Below, one piece after another: positions 14,286 through 28,200 of a DNA stretch of 64,000 bases. The notes below the pieces were generated by a model. That model was not told the DNA's origin and did not search any database. It saw only the letters and a program-made list of their open reading frames with translations. Origin of the DNA: Lingula anatina (Eukaryota > Animalia > Brachiopoda); the NCBI GenBank assembly GCA_051362555.1, contig CM120642.1:34162001-34226000 (forward strand), given 5' to 3'. The translations under genes and the position numbers were made by a program. Position 1 is the stretch's first letter. Each line of letters begins with the position of its first letter.

Positions 14286-15652
14286 CAGCGACGGCGACGA
14301 CAGACGCAGATGATGGCTATATGTACAGACACATCTGTGTCTGTACATAAAAAGGAAAACAAAACTATTGAATATGGTAAAAGAGCTTCTAGTAGTGCTG
14401 GATACAAACGTTGGAAAAAAATATTTGGAGGATACATATCTTCATAAGAAATATTTTAATGCCAATCATATTAAGGACCAAAGTCATAACTTATTTGTAT
14501 TCTAATTTCTTTCACTATATTACTTTGTTTTTATATTCAATTAAATTTAATTGTCATTTTTTAGTTTATAATATTCTTATGTGTATTTGTGTTTTTTTAT
14601 TGTGTATAAATATTTTGCAGATACATAATAAAGTATTACTATAAAGTTAAACTTCTCTCAGTTTAGAGCATAATATAGCATTTGTTTAGTCTTGATATAT
14701 AACACTACTTGAAATAAATAGAATACATTGTTCATATATCCCAGACTTACCAGTGGTGATGCCAAACTCCTTCCCACTAAGAATATGGTGCAACAGTGTC
14801 TTCATTTCAAAAGGACTCAGGTTAAGCAAGTGGTCAGAGGCTTCACTGCCTATAAACAAAGTCATGCTGTACAGATATTTCTTTGAAATAATGGCAGATG
14901 TCTTAATTTCTTCTGAAAAAATATATGTAGCTGCCATTTTCTGTCAGCATCAAAAAACTTTTTCGGTAAAAATCATCAAGAAATCTTTGGATAGAAAACT
15001 GCCCATCTATGAGTGATACACAAAACATATTTTAAAACCATCAAAATGAATTTGTTCAACTATCATGGAAAATGCAAGTTTTTTATATAAACAGCTTATA
15101 ACAATAAACATTAAAACTTTATAAGGTCTTCTAGCATAAATTTTAAAAACTTGATTCTTGGTTACTGTACCCAGCCTCCTTACCAGAACATTTGAGATTC
15201 CGTGCTAACTCTGCCGCCATGACCTGGATAATCAAACCAACTCTCAGACGCAGCATTTCATTGAACAACTTTGGCTCCGTTCTGATGAACATGGCAAGAT
15301 ATACCAAGAGTTCCTGAAACATGATGAGCATAGCAAGATATACCAAGAGTTCCTGAAACATGACGAACACAGCAAGATATACCAAGAGTTCCTGAAACAT
15401 GGTGAACATAGCAAGATATACCAAGAGTTCCTGAAACATGGTGAACATAGCAAGATATACCAAGAGTTCCTGAAACATGTGGCAGTCATTTCTGTATCAT
15501 GGAGACAACAACAGAGGGAGCCAGTGGCACAGAGTTTTTATAAAATATGTCTTTCAGGTACCAAGTCTTTCAGGGAAATAGGGGTGCCCAAGAAATGTAC
15601 AGCATGCCTTAAAAGTTACAAGTGGTCAATGTACAAATGCAATCACATTTAA

Positions 15653-15693
<41 letters not shown>

Positions 15694-18600
15694 GCTGATC
15701 TTTTATATACCTGTGTTAGCATAGCTGTACTACTGTCTTCTCCACAAGCCTCTTGGATAATAGTTGCCAGCTCATCAGGGGGAAGAGGTCTGCAACAAAC
15801 AGTGCATGCATAGAACAATACCTTATGATATGATTTAATACTTATTTCCCACAGAAATGATCATAGCTTAAACCGCAATTCCTGTAACTACTTCCTGACA
15901 AAAAATCTCCAAATGGCAAATAATAATAATAAAATTAATAATAACAATAAAATGAATAAATAAAAATTAAAATATAAAAGACAGGACAACATAAGCCAAG
16001 TTTGCCAGGATGAAAAGCAAATGGTGTAAATATATGCTTGGTGTTAAGTAAGGATTCAAATACATCAAGACCTTACTTTACCTCGTAACAATTTTCTCCC
16101 TTGGTTCTGGGGGAAGGCCCACTGACAGCTGCTTCTGTCTCACTAACAGGTCTGTCACTGCCTGAAACACAAGAAACAAAAGACACATCACATGTGAACA
16201 GTGGCAAGCAGTCTGTCACTGGCTGAAGACAAGAAACAGAACACATATCACATGTGAACAATGGCAAGCAGTCTGTCACTGGCTGAAGACAAGAAACAGA
16301 ACACATATCACATGTGAACAGTGGCAAGCAGTCTGTCACTGGCTGAAGACAAGAAACAGAACACATATCACATGTGAACAATGGCAAGCAGTCTGTCACT
16401 GGCTGAAGACAAGAAACAGAACACATGTCACATGTGAACAATGGCAAGCAGTCTGTCACTGGCTGAAGACAAGAAACAGAACACATGTCACATGTGAACA
16501 ATGGCAAGCAGTCTGTCACTGGCTGAAGACAAGAAACAGAACACATATCACATGTGAACAATGGCAAGCAGTCTGTCACTGGCTGAAGACAAGAAACAGA
16601 ACACTTATCACATGTGAACAATGGCAAGCAGTCTGTCACTGGCTGAAGACAAGAAACAGAACACATATCACATGTGAACAATGGCAAGCAGTCTGTCACT
16701 GGCTGAAGACAAGAAACAGAACACATGTCACATGTCAATGGCAAGCAGTCTGTGGACAATTAAGTTAGATAAACTATGTGTGAACCAACTTAAGGTTATG
16801 TGTGCTTCTTTACAGGAGAACAATTCTTGAGAGGCAGCCTGAACAAGGAGGTGGGGCTTTTGCAACTGGATGACTAGATGTTGACTTCTTGTGTTTATTG
16901 AAGAGCTTGCCCTCCTGTAAACAAAACAATACTGGAGAACAAGCTCTTCAGTAAACAAAACAATACTGGAGAACAAGCTCTTCAGTAAACAAAACAATAC
17001 TGTGGAACAAGCTCTTCAGTAAACAGAACAATAATGGAGAACAAGCTCTTCAGTAAACAAAACAATACTGGAGAACAAGCTCTTCAGTAAACAACACAAT
17101 GTTGGAGAACAAGCTCTTCAGTAAACAAAACAATGTTGGAGAACAAGCTCTTCAGTAAACAACACAATGTTGGAGAACAAGCTCTTCAGTAAACAAAACA
17201 ATGTTGGAGAACAAGCTCTTCAGTAAACAAAACAATACTGGAGAACAAGCTCTTCAGTAAACAAAACAACGTTGGAGAATAAGCTCTTCAGTAAACAAAA
17301 CAACGTTGGAGAACAAGTTCTTCAGTAAACAAAACAATACTGGAGAACAAGCTCTTCAGTAAACAAAACAATGTTGGAGAACAAGCTCTTCAGTAAACAA
17401 AACAATACTGTGGAACAAGCTCTTCAGTAAACAAAACAATACTGGAGGACAAGCTCTTCAGTAAACAAAACAATGCTGGAGAACAAGCTCTTCAGTAAAC
17501 AAAACAATGCTGGAGAACAAGCTCTTCAGTAAACAAAACAATACTGTGGAACAAGCTCTTCAGTAAACAAAACAATGTTGGAGAACAAGCTCTTCAGTAA
17601 ACAAAACAATGTTGGAGAACAAGCTCTTCAGTAAACAAAACAATACTGGAGAACAAGCTCTTCAGTAAACAAAACAACGTTGGAGAATAAGCTCTTCAGT
17701 AAACAAAACAACGTTGGAGAACAAGTTCTTCAGTAAACAAAACAATACTGGAGAACAAGCTATTCAGTAAACAAAACAATGTTGGAGAACAAGCTCTTCA
17801 GTAAACAAAACAATACTGTGGAACAAGCTCTTCAGTAAACAAAACAATACTGGAGAACAAGCTCCTCAGTAAACAAAACAATGCTGGAGAACAAGCTCTT
17901 CAGTAAACAAAACAATGCTGGAGAACAAGCTCTTCAGTAAACAAAACAATACTGTGGAACAAGCTCTTCAGTAAATAAAACAATGCTGGAGAACAAGCTC
18001 TTCAGTAAACAAAACAATGTTGGAGAACAAGCTCTTCAGTAAACAAAACAATGTTGGAGAACAAGCTCTTCAGTAAACAAAACAATGTTGGAGAACAAGC
18101 TCTTCAGTAAACAAAACAATGTTAGAGAACAAGCTCTTCAGTAAACAAAACAATACTGGAGAACAAGCTCTTCAGTAAACAACACAATGTTGGAGAACAA
18201 GCTCTTCAGTAAACAAAACAATGTTGGAGAACAAGCTCTTCAGTAAACAACACAATGTTGGAGAACAAGCTCTTCAGTAAACAAAACAATGTTGGAGAAC
18301 AAGCTCTTCAGTAAACAAAACAATACTGGAGAACAAGCTCTTCAGTAAACAACACAATGTTGGAGAACAAGCTCTTCAGTAAACAAAACAATACTGGAGA
18401 ACAAGCTCTTCAGTAAACAAAACAACGTTGGAGAACAAGTTCTTCAGTAAACAAAACAATACTGGAGAACAAGCTCTTCAGTAAACAAAACAATGTTGGA
18501 GAACAAGCTCTTCAGTAAACAAAACAATACTGTGGAACAAGCTCTTCAGTAAACAAAACAATACTGGAGAACAAGCTCTTCAGTAAACAAAACAATGCTG

Positions 18601-21600
18601 GAGAACAAGCTCTTCAGTAAACAAAACAATGCTGGAGAACAAGCTCTTCAGTAAACAAAACAATACTGTGGAACAAGCTCTTCAGTAAATAAAACAATGC
18701 TGGAGAACAAGCTCTTCAGTAAACAAAACAATGTTGGAGAACAAGCTCTTCAGTAAACAAAACAATGTTGGAGAACAAGCTCTTCAGTAAACAAAACAAT
18801 GTTAGAGAACAAGCTCTTCAGTAAACAAAACAATGTTGGAGAACAAGCTCTTCAGTAAACAAAACAATGTTGGAGAACAAGCTCTTCAGTAAACAAAACA
18901 ATGTTGGAGAACAAGCTCTTCAGTAAACAAAACAATGTTGGAGAACAAGCTCTTCAGTAAACAAAACAACGTTGGAGAACAAGCTCTTCAGTAAACAAAA
19001 CAATACTGGAGAACAAGTTCTTCAGTAAACAAAACAACGTTGGAGAACAAGCTCTTCAGTAAACAAAACAATACTGGAGAACAAGCTCTTCAGTAAACAA
19101 AACAATACTGGAGAACAAGCTCTTCAGTAAACAACACAATGTTTGAGAACAAGCTCTTCAGTAAACAAAACAATGTTGGAGAACAAGCTCTTCAGTAAAC
19201 AAAACAATGTTGGAGAACAAGCTCTTCAGTAAACAAAACAATGTTGATAACAAGCTCTTCAGTAAACAAAACAATGTTAGAGAACAAGCTGTTCAGTAAA
19301 CAAAACAATACTGGAGAACAAGCTGTTCAGTAAACAACACAATACTGGAGAACAAGCTCTTCAGTAAACAAAACAACGTTGGAGAATAAGCTCTTCAGTA
19401 AACAAAACAACGTTGGAGAACAAGTTCTTCAGTAAACAAAACAATACTGGAGAACAAGCTCTTCAGTAAACAAAACAATGTTGGAGAACAAGCTCTTCAG
19501 TAAACAAAACAATACTGTGGAACAAGCTCTTCAGTAAACAAAACAATACTGGAGAACAAGCTCTTCAGTAAACAAAACAATGCTGGAGAACAAGCTCTTC
19601 AGTAAACAAAACAATGCTGGAGAACAAGCTCTTCAGTAAACAAAACAATACTGTGGAACAAGCTCTTCAGTAAATAAAACAATGCTGGAGAACAAGCTCT
19701 TCAGTAAACAAAACAATGTTGGAGAACAAGCTCTTCAGTAAACAAAACAATGTTGGAGAACAAGCTCTTCAGTAAACAAAACAATGTTAGAGAACAAGCT
19801 CTTCAGTAAACAAAACAATGTTGGAGAACAAGCTCTTCAGTAAACAAAACAATGTTGGAGAACAAGCTCTTCAGTAAACAAAACAATGTTGGAGAACAAG
19901 CTCTTCAGTAAACAAAACAATGTTGGAGAACAAGCTCTTCAGTAAACAAAACAATGTTGGAGAACAAGCTCTTCAGTAAACAAAACAACGTTGGAGAACA
20001 AGTTCTTCAGTAAACAAAACAACGTTGGAGAACAAGCTCTTCAGTAAACAAAACAATACTGGAGAACAAGCTCTTCAGTAAACAAAACAATACTGGAGAA
20101 CAAGCTCTTCAGTAAACAACACAATGTTGGAGAACAAGCTCTTCAGTAAACAAAACAATGTTGGAGAACAAGCTCTTAGGTAAACAAAACAATGTTGGAG
20201 AACAAGCTCTTCAGTAAACAAAACAATGTTGATAACAAGCTCTTCAGTAAACAAAACAATGTTAGAGAACAAGCTCTTCAGTAAACAAAACAATACTGGA
20301 GAACAAGCTGTTCAGTAAACAACACAATGTTGGAGAACAAGCTCTTCAGTAAACAAAACAATGTTGGAGAACAAGCTCTTCAGTAAACAACACAATGTTG
20401 GAGAACAAGCTCTTCAGTAAACAAAACAATGTTGGAGAACAAGCTCTTCAGTAAACAAAACAATACTGGAGAACAAACTCTTCAGTAAACAAAACAATGT
20501 TGGAGAACAAGCTCTTCAGTAAACAAAACAATGTTGATAACAAGCTCTTCAGTAAACAAAACAATGTTGGAGAACAAGCTCTTCAGTAAACAAAACAATG
20601 CTGGAGAACAAGCTCTTCAGTAAACAAAACAATACTGTGGAACAAGCTCTTCAGTAAATAAAACAATGCTGGAGAACAAGCTCTTCAGTAAACAAAACAA
20701 TGTTGGAGAACAAGCTCTTCAGTAAACAAAACAATGTTGGAGAACAAGCTCTTCAGTAAACAAAACAATGTTGGAGAACAAGCTCTTCAGTAAACAAAAC
20801 AATGTTAGAGAACAAGCTCTTCAGTAAACAAAACAATGTTGGAGAACAAGCTCTTCAGTAAACAAAACAATGTTGGAGAACAAGCTCTTCAGTAAACAAA
20901 ACAATGTTGATAACAAGCTCTTCAGTAAACAAAACAATGTTAGAGAACAAGCTGTTCAGTAAACAAAACAATACTGGAGAACAAGCTGTTCAGTAAACAA
21001 CACAATACTGGAGAACAAGCTCTTCAGTAAACAAAACAACGTTGGAGAACAAGCTCTTCAGTAAACAACACAATGTTGGAGAACAAGCTCTTCAGTAAAC
21101 AAAACAATGTTGGAGAACAAGCTCTTCAGTAAACAAAACAATGTTGGAGAACAAGCTCTTCAGTAAACAAAACAATACTGTGGAACAAGCTCTTCAGTAA
21201 ACAAAACAATACTGGAGAACAAGCTCTTCAGTAAACAAAACAATGCTGGAGAACAAGCTCTTCAGTAAACAAAACAATGCTGGAGAACAAGCTCTTCAGT
21301 AAACAAAACAATACTGTGGAACAAGCTCTTCAGTAAATAAAACAATGCTGGAGAACAAGCTCTTCAGTAAACAAAACAATGTTGGAGAACAAGCTCTTCA
21401 GTAAACAAAACAATGTTGGAGAACAAGCTCTTCAGTAAACAAAACAATGTTGGAGAACAAGCTCTTCAGTAAACAAAACAATGTTGGAGAACAAGCTCTT
21501 CAGTAAACAAAACAATGTTGGAGAACAAGCTCTTCAGTAAACAAAACAATGTTGGAGAACAAGCTCTTCAGTAAACAAAACAATGTTGGAGAACAAGCTC

Positions 21601-24600
21601 TTCAGTAAACAAAACAATGTTGGAGAACAAGCTCTTCAGTAAACAAAACAACGTTGGAGAACAAGTTCTTCAGTAAACAAAACAACGTTGGAGAACAAGC
21701 TCTTCAGTAAACAAAACAATACTGGAGAACAAGCTCTTCAGTAAACAAAACAATACTGGAGAACAAGCTCTTCAGTAAACAACACAATGTTGGAGAACAA
21801 GCTCTTCAGTAAACAAAACAATGTTGGAGAACAAGCTCTTCAGTAAACAAAACAATGTTGGAGAACAAGCTCTTCAGTAAACAAAACAATGTTGATAACA
21901 AGCTCTTCAGTAAACAAAACAATGTTAGAGAACAAGCTCTTCAGTAAACAAAACAATACTGGAGAACAAGCTGTTCAGTAAACAACACAATGTTGGAGAA
22001 CAAGCTCTTCAGTAAACAAAACAATGTTGGAGAACAAGCTCTTCAGTAAACAACACAATGTTGGAGAACAAGCTCTTCAGTAAACAAAACAATGTTGGAG
22101 AACAAGCTCTTCAGTAAACAAAACAATACTGGAGAACAAACTCTTCAGTAAACAAAACAACGTTGGAGAATAAGCTCTTCAGTAAACAAAACAACGTTGG
22201 AGAACAAGTTCTTCAGTAAACAAAACAATACTGGAGAACAAGCTCTTCAGTAAACAAAACAATGTTGGAGAACAAGCTCTTCAGTAAACAAAACAATACT
22301 GTGGAACAAGCTCTTCAGTAAACAAAACAATACTGGAGAACAAGCTCTTCAGTAAACAAAACAATGCTGGAGAACAAGCTCTTCAGTAAACAAAACAATG
22401 CTGGAGAACAAGCTCTTCAGTAAACAAAACAATACTGTGGAACAAGCTCTTCAGTAAATAAAACAATGCTGGAGAACAAGCTCTTCAGTAAACAAAACAA
22501 TGTTGGAGAACAAGCTCTTCAGTAAACAAAACAATGTTGGAGAACAAGCTCTTCAGTAAACAAAACAATGTTAGAGAACAAGCTCTTCAGTAAACAAAAC
22601 AATGTTGGAGAACAAGCTCTTCAGTAAACAAAACAATGTTGGAGAACAAGCTCTTCAGTAAACAAAACAATGTTGGAGAACAAGCTCTTCAGTAAACAAA
22701 ACAATGTTGGAGAACAAGCTCTTCAGTAAACAAAACAATGTTGGAGAACAAGCTCTTCAGTAAACAAAACAATGTTGGAGAACAAGCTCTTCAGTAAACA
22801 AAACAATGTTGGAGAACAAGCTCTTCAGTAAACAAAACAACGTTGGAGAACAAGCTCTTCAGTAAACAAAACAATACTGGAGAACAAGTTCTTCAGTAAA
22901 CAAAACAACGTTGGAGAACAAGCTCTTCAGTAAACAAAACAATACTGGAGAACAAGCTCTTCAGTAAACAAAACAATACTGGAGAACAAGCTCTTCAGTA
23001 AACAACACAATGTTGGAGAACAAGCTCTTCAGTAAACAAAACAATGTTGGAGAACAAGCTCTTCAGTAAACAAAACAATGTTGGAGAACAAGCTCTTCAG
23101 TAAACAAAACAATGTTGGAGAACAAGCTCTTCAGTAAACAAAACAATGTTGGAGAACAAGCTCTTCAGTAAACAAAACAATGTTGATAAGAAGCTCTTCA
23201 GTAAACAAAACAATGTTGGAGAACAAGCTCTTCAGTAAACAAAACAATGTTGGAGAACAAGCTCTTCAGTAAACAAAACAACGTTGGAGAACAAACTCTT
23301 CAGTAAACAAAACAATGTTGGAGAACAAGCTCTTCAGTAAACAAAACAATGTTAGAGAACAAGCTCTTCAGTAAACAAAACAATGTTGGAGAACAAGCTC
23401 TTCAGTAAACAAAACAATGTTAGAGAACAAGCTCTTCAGTAAACAAAACAATGTTAGAGAACAAGCTCTTCAGTAAACAAAACAATGTTGGAGAACAAGC
23501 TCTTCAGTAAATAAAACAATGTTAGAGAATGTTGGAGAACAAGCTCTTCAGTAAACAAAACAATGTTGGAGAACAAGCTCTTCAGTAAACAAAACAATGT
23601 TGGAGAACAAGCTCTTCAGTAAACAAAACAACGTTGGAGAACAAGCTCTTCAGTAAACAAAACAATGTTGGAGAACAAGCTCTTCAGTAAACAAAACAAT
23701 GTTGGAGAACAAGCTCTTCAGTAAACAAAACAATGTTGGAGAACAAGCTCTTCAGTAAACAAAACAATGTTGGAGAACAAGCTCTTCAGTAAACAAAACA
23801 ATGTTGGAGAAGAAGCTCTTCAGTAAACAAAACAATGTTAGAGAACAAGTTCTTCAGTAAACAAAACAATGTTGGAGAACAAGCTCTTCAGTATCTGATC
23901 GCCCCCACCTGTACCTATGATTAAAGGCAGGCATCACATCATTTCTCTATCAATCAACTGTCATTTACCTTGGCCAGGTCCTCTACACGTTTACACAACA
24001 TCCCAGCTGTATGTCTGACCAGCCACCACTGCTTCAAATGACCTGCCTGAAATATTTCATCCGCATAATAACATTTATTTTAGAATTTTACATAACTATT
24101 AACCTGACTTTTACAAGTAGAAATCAGTCATTTTATCAACAGATGCTGAATATTGTCATTTTATGCTCTCTTAGACTATGACAACAAATTCTTATCTTGT
24201 AATAAAATTGCTTTACATATATGTATCAATATCAATTTAACAAGGCCCCACTGTGCCTCTGACCTCTAAACCTCTCATAGACTATGAGCGCATTCTCAAC
24301 GAATTAAGCCAGGCTTTACAAAGCCGGTGACCTAAAAATGGCGGACGTACATGAAAGAAAAACCGCCTAATCTTTTAATAGTCTCTCCGCCTCCCCACAC
24401 GTCGTCCCTGCGGGGTACAGTAATTAAATCTCGGCTCCGTTCGCCATGCGGAAGCTACCTGAGAAATATTAAGTGCGCATGCTCATCAGTTAAACTCGTG
24501 GTGAAGAAAGCATGGTGGCTGAAGGCGATCGAAGGAAAAAAGCTCTTCTGTTCTATTATCTTTGAAAACAGAGACGAAAAAGGAATAATTTGGCCCGTAG

Positions 24601-25163
24601 ATCAGCAATGAATCGACTATCTACGGAGATAATATCACCAGAGATATTCACGGAAATATTAATGTTGGAGCCGAGATTTAATTACTGTACCCCTTGGATG
24701 ACGTGTGGGGAGGTGTGTGAGAGGCGGAGAGACTATTAAAAGATTAGGCGGTTTTTCTTTCATGTACGTCCGCCATTTTTAGGTCACCGGCTTTGTAAAG
24801 CCTGGCTTAATTTGTTGAGAATGCGCTCTATGACAACAAATTATCTTGTAATAAAATTGCTTTACATATGTATCAATATCAATATAACAAGGCCCCACTG
24901 TGCCACTGACCCCTAAACCTCTCAACAAATCATTTGGATGTTTGCTGACATGTAACCTAACATTCAACCTCTAAAATTCCAGGATATCTATTGTGAGCAA
25001 CTGTAAGCATACCTTTTCATATAGCTCCCTGACTAGGTCATTGACTGTGACACCCTCATTGCCACCAATATTTGTATCCCAGTCTGGACCCCTAAAAGAA
25101 AACAACATAAACATATGACATATGTAACACAACACAGGCACATGTATAACACAACACAGGCAC

Positions 25164-25216
<53 letters not shown>

Positions 25217-28200
25217 TTTATTTCAAGTCTAAAATCCATAAAATGTTCAATAGACTGTACAACATAAAATACAAAGAAGTTTATAATTAAAAATGGTTAA
25301 GATATATTTTATATAATTAAGAGCTAAACTAAATTGTAATAAACAGTAATTAAAAGTAAAAAATCCAAGGTTTCTTTAAAATTGTAAAATTTAAAATTCA
25401 TGAATAAAATGTCTTAAAAATATGAGTTTTTAATTCCTTTTTAAAAGATTCTTGTGATTCTATTTGTCTAATAAAAATTGGCAACTTATTCCACTCTACT
25501 GGTGCAGCTACACAAAATGATATGTCACCATATGATTTTAACCTTAATTTTGGAACTTTCAGTTAAAGTTTGTCACCAGACCTCAGGGATCTTTGAGGGC
25601 TATAATCTTTGACTAGATCAGTTATATATGGTGGAGCTAGATTATAAAAAGCAGCATGTGTAAAAACTAAAACTGTAAATAAAATTCTGGCCCTAACTGG
25701 TAACCAGTGCAGATGCTTTAAAATTGGAGTGATATGGCAATCCCTAGGCTGTAGCATTAAAAGCCGTGCTGAGATATTCTGGATGCGTTGTAATCTTTTG
25801 ATCTTATCATCTGGACATCCATATAATACAGAATTGCAATAGTCTAGCCTGGAAGTTACCAATGAGTGTATAACAGTAGCAGCAGATGATTGATTCAGAT
25901 GTTTCCTTATGGTGCCAATATTCCGAATGTTGAATAAACAAGACCTTGTGATGTTGGAGATCTGTTTGTCCATTGAAAGTGTAGAATCAAAGTATACTCC
26001 TAAATTTTTTACAAGGGGGAAGAAAATGCCATACTAGCTCCAATTTTAAGTTGCAAGTTGTGAGCAAGGCCCTTGTTGTGGGGTTGAGTAATGACTAAAA
26101 ATTCTGTTTTTCCATCATTTATCTTCAATTTGTTTGAAATGAGCCAACCTCTGAGGTCTGATATGCAATCAACAATTGTGTTCACAGACAATGCTGGATC
26201 ATGGATGTTACAAGATGTGTACAACTGGGTATCATCGGCATAAAAGTGGTAACCTATCTTATGATAACGCAGAATTGCTCCAAGGGGTAACGTGTAAACA
26301 CAAAACTTAAGCGGGCCAAGCACGCTCCCCTGAGGAACACCTAATAAAAGCTGTGAGAGCTCAGAAAGCACACCATTTATATTAACTTGATGCATTCTCC
26401 CAACAAGATAGTTCTAAGGCCTTATCTCTAACCCCTACACTCTGCTCTAGAAATGTCAATAAAATATTATGGTCTACTGTGTCTATATAACACAACACAG
26501 GCACATGTATAACAGAACACAGGCACATGTATAACACAACACAGGCACATGTATAACACAACACAGGCATGTATAACACAGCACAGGGACATGTATAACA
26601 CAACACAGATATATATAACACAACACAGGCACATGTATAACACAACACAGGCACATATAACACAACACAGGTTTATATAACACAACACAGGCACATGTAA
26701 CACAACACACGCATATAAACCACAACACAGGCACATGTATAACACAACACAGATACATTTAACACAACACAGGCACATGTATAACACAACACAGGCACAT
26801 ATAACACAACACAGGTACATATAACACAACAAAGGCACATGTAACACAACACACGCATATAAACCACAACACAGGCATATATATATAACACAACACAGGC
26901 ACATTTAACACAACATAGGGACATGTATAACACAACACAGATACATATAACACAACACAGGCACATGTAACACAACACACGCATATAAACCACAACACAG
27001 GCATATATATAACACAACACAGGCACATTTAACACAACATAGGGACATGTATAACACAACACAGGCACATGTATAACACAACACAGGAACATATAACACA
27101 ACACAGGAACATTTAACACAACACAGGCATATATAACACAACATATATACTAGGGTAAAAGAGTTAAAATAGTGCATTAATCTTTAACACAATTTCAGTA
27201 CAGCATCTGTTGCATCATATAGTTAAATGTTATCAGTGTTTCAATTTCATACTCTGGAAACAAGAAGAGTTTGAAAACGTACTTGTTAAATAAGAGGAGT
27301 TTGAAAACATACTTGTTAATATGCAGCCAGTGTATGATATCAGCCTGTTCATGGAGTGAGTCTGTCTCCTTTAGAGCATCCACCATCTCATTACAGTCAA
27401 TGCCAGCTCCCTGAACCTCCTTGATTTCTTTAGACCGCCACAAGAGGTCACTCTCAGAGCGTGGAATCCCAGCCACTCCTGCTGTGAGCAGTTTCTTACG
27501 GCTCATCCTGGGGCTCCCCGGGGGAGAGGACTGAGGGCTGGTGTAGGGGGAGTGGCCGGGGCTGACATACAGGCCAAAGTTAGGGTCACGCATGTGGACA
27601 TCCGGGAGGTGATGAGAAACTAGGAAACCAAGATACAATATTTGAGTACAGGATCAACGGTGGAATATCTTTGTACACTGGGTAACTTTGGCCAGTGTAT
27701 GATGGATATTTATTTTGAACTGGTGGGCAATTTTTTTCATGTCACCCTTCAAAGCTAATATACACAAAAGCATTGGAGTATACGGATTATATTTTGTAAA
27801 ATAATGTGGCATGGCTTCATATCTGTAATATACATTTATCATTATATGTGCATTGCTTTCACTCCACTTAAAACAGCTACCAAACCGTGGCACCCAACTG
27901 TGGAAGCTCTATCACACAGGTGATATAGCATAGATAGCTACTCACACAGAAATAGCATTCTTGGAAATATTTTTAAATCAGTGACACCCTGAAGCACAAT
28001 AGCATTCAAATATACATAATATATCAGAGATATCCTACTATTCAAACAATTTATACTTTGTCTTATGTATGGAACATACATATACATCTAGTTAAGTAAA
28101 ATATACTTAATCAAAAAAAAAAAAAAAAATACAGGCCGTTTATAAATCATTAAGAGTTGCTGAAATAAAGAATGGATATTGACAGTATTTTTTCTTGCAT

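Noticed and set aside
16073-16759. In-frame 20-aa repeat extension of exon 23
   Set aside because: The repeat frame enters exon 23 out of frame (reads GSDRP, not AVTDL) and stops, so upstream acceptors are non-productive.
16809-16913. Possible alternative terminal exon after gtttacag at the satellite edge (EGKLFNKH...IVLL*)
   Set aside because: The acceptor is a variant satellite unit; no homology, CaaX or polyA support.
16915-23893. CRISPR-like regular 34-bp repeats (also the 37-bp and 48-bp arrays)
   Set aside because: No unique spacers, no cas genes, and the context is a spliceosomal intron; these are ordinary tandem repeats.
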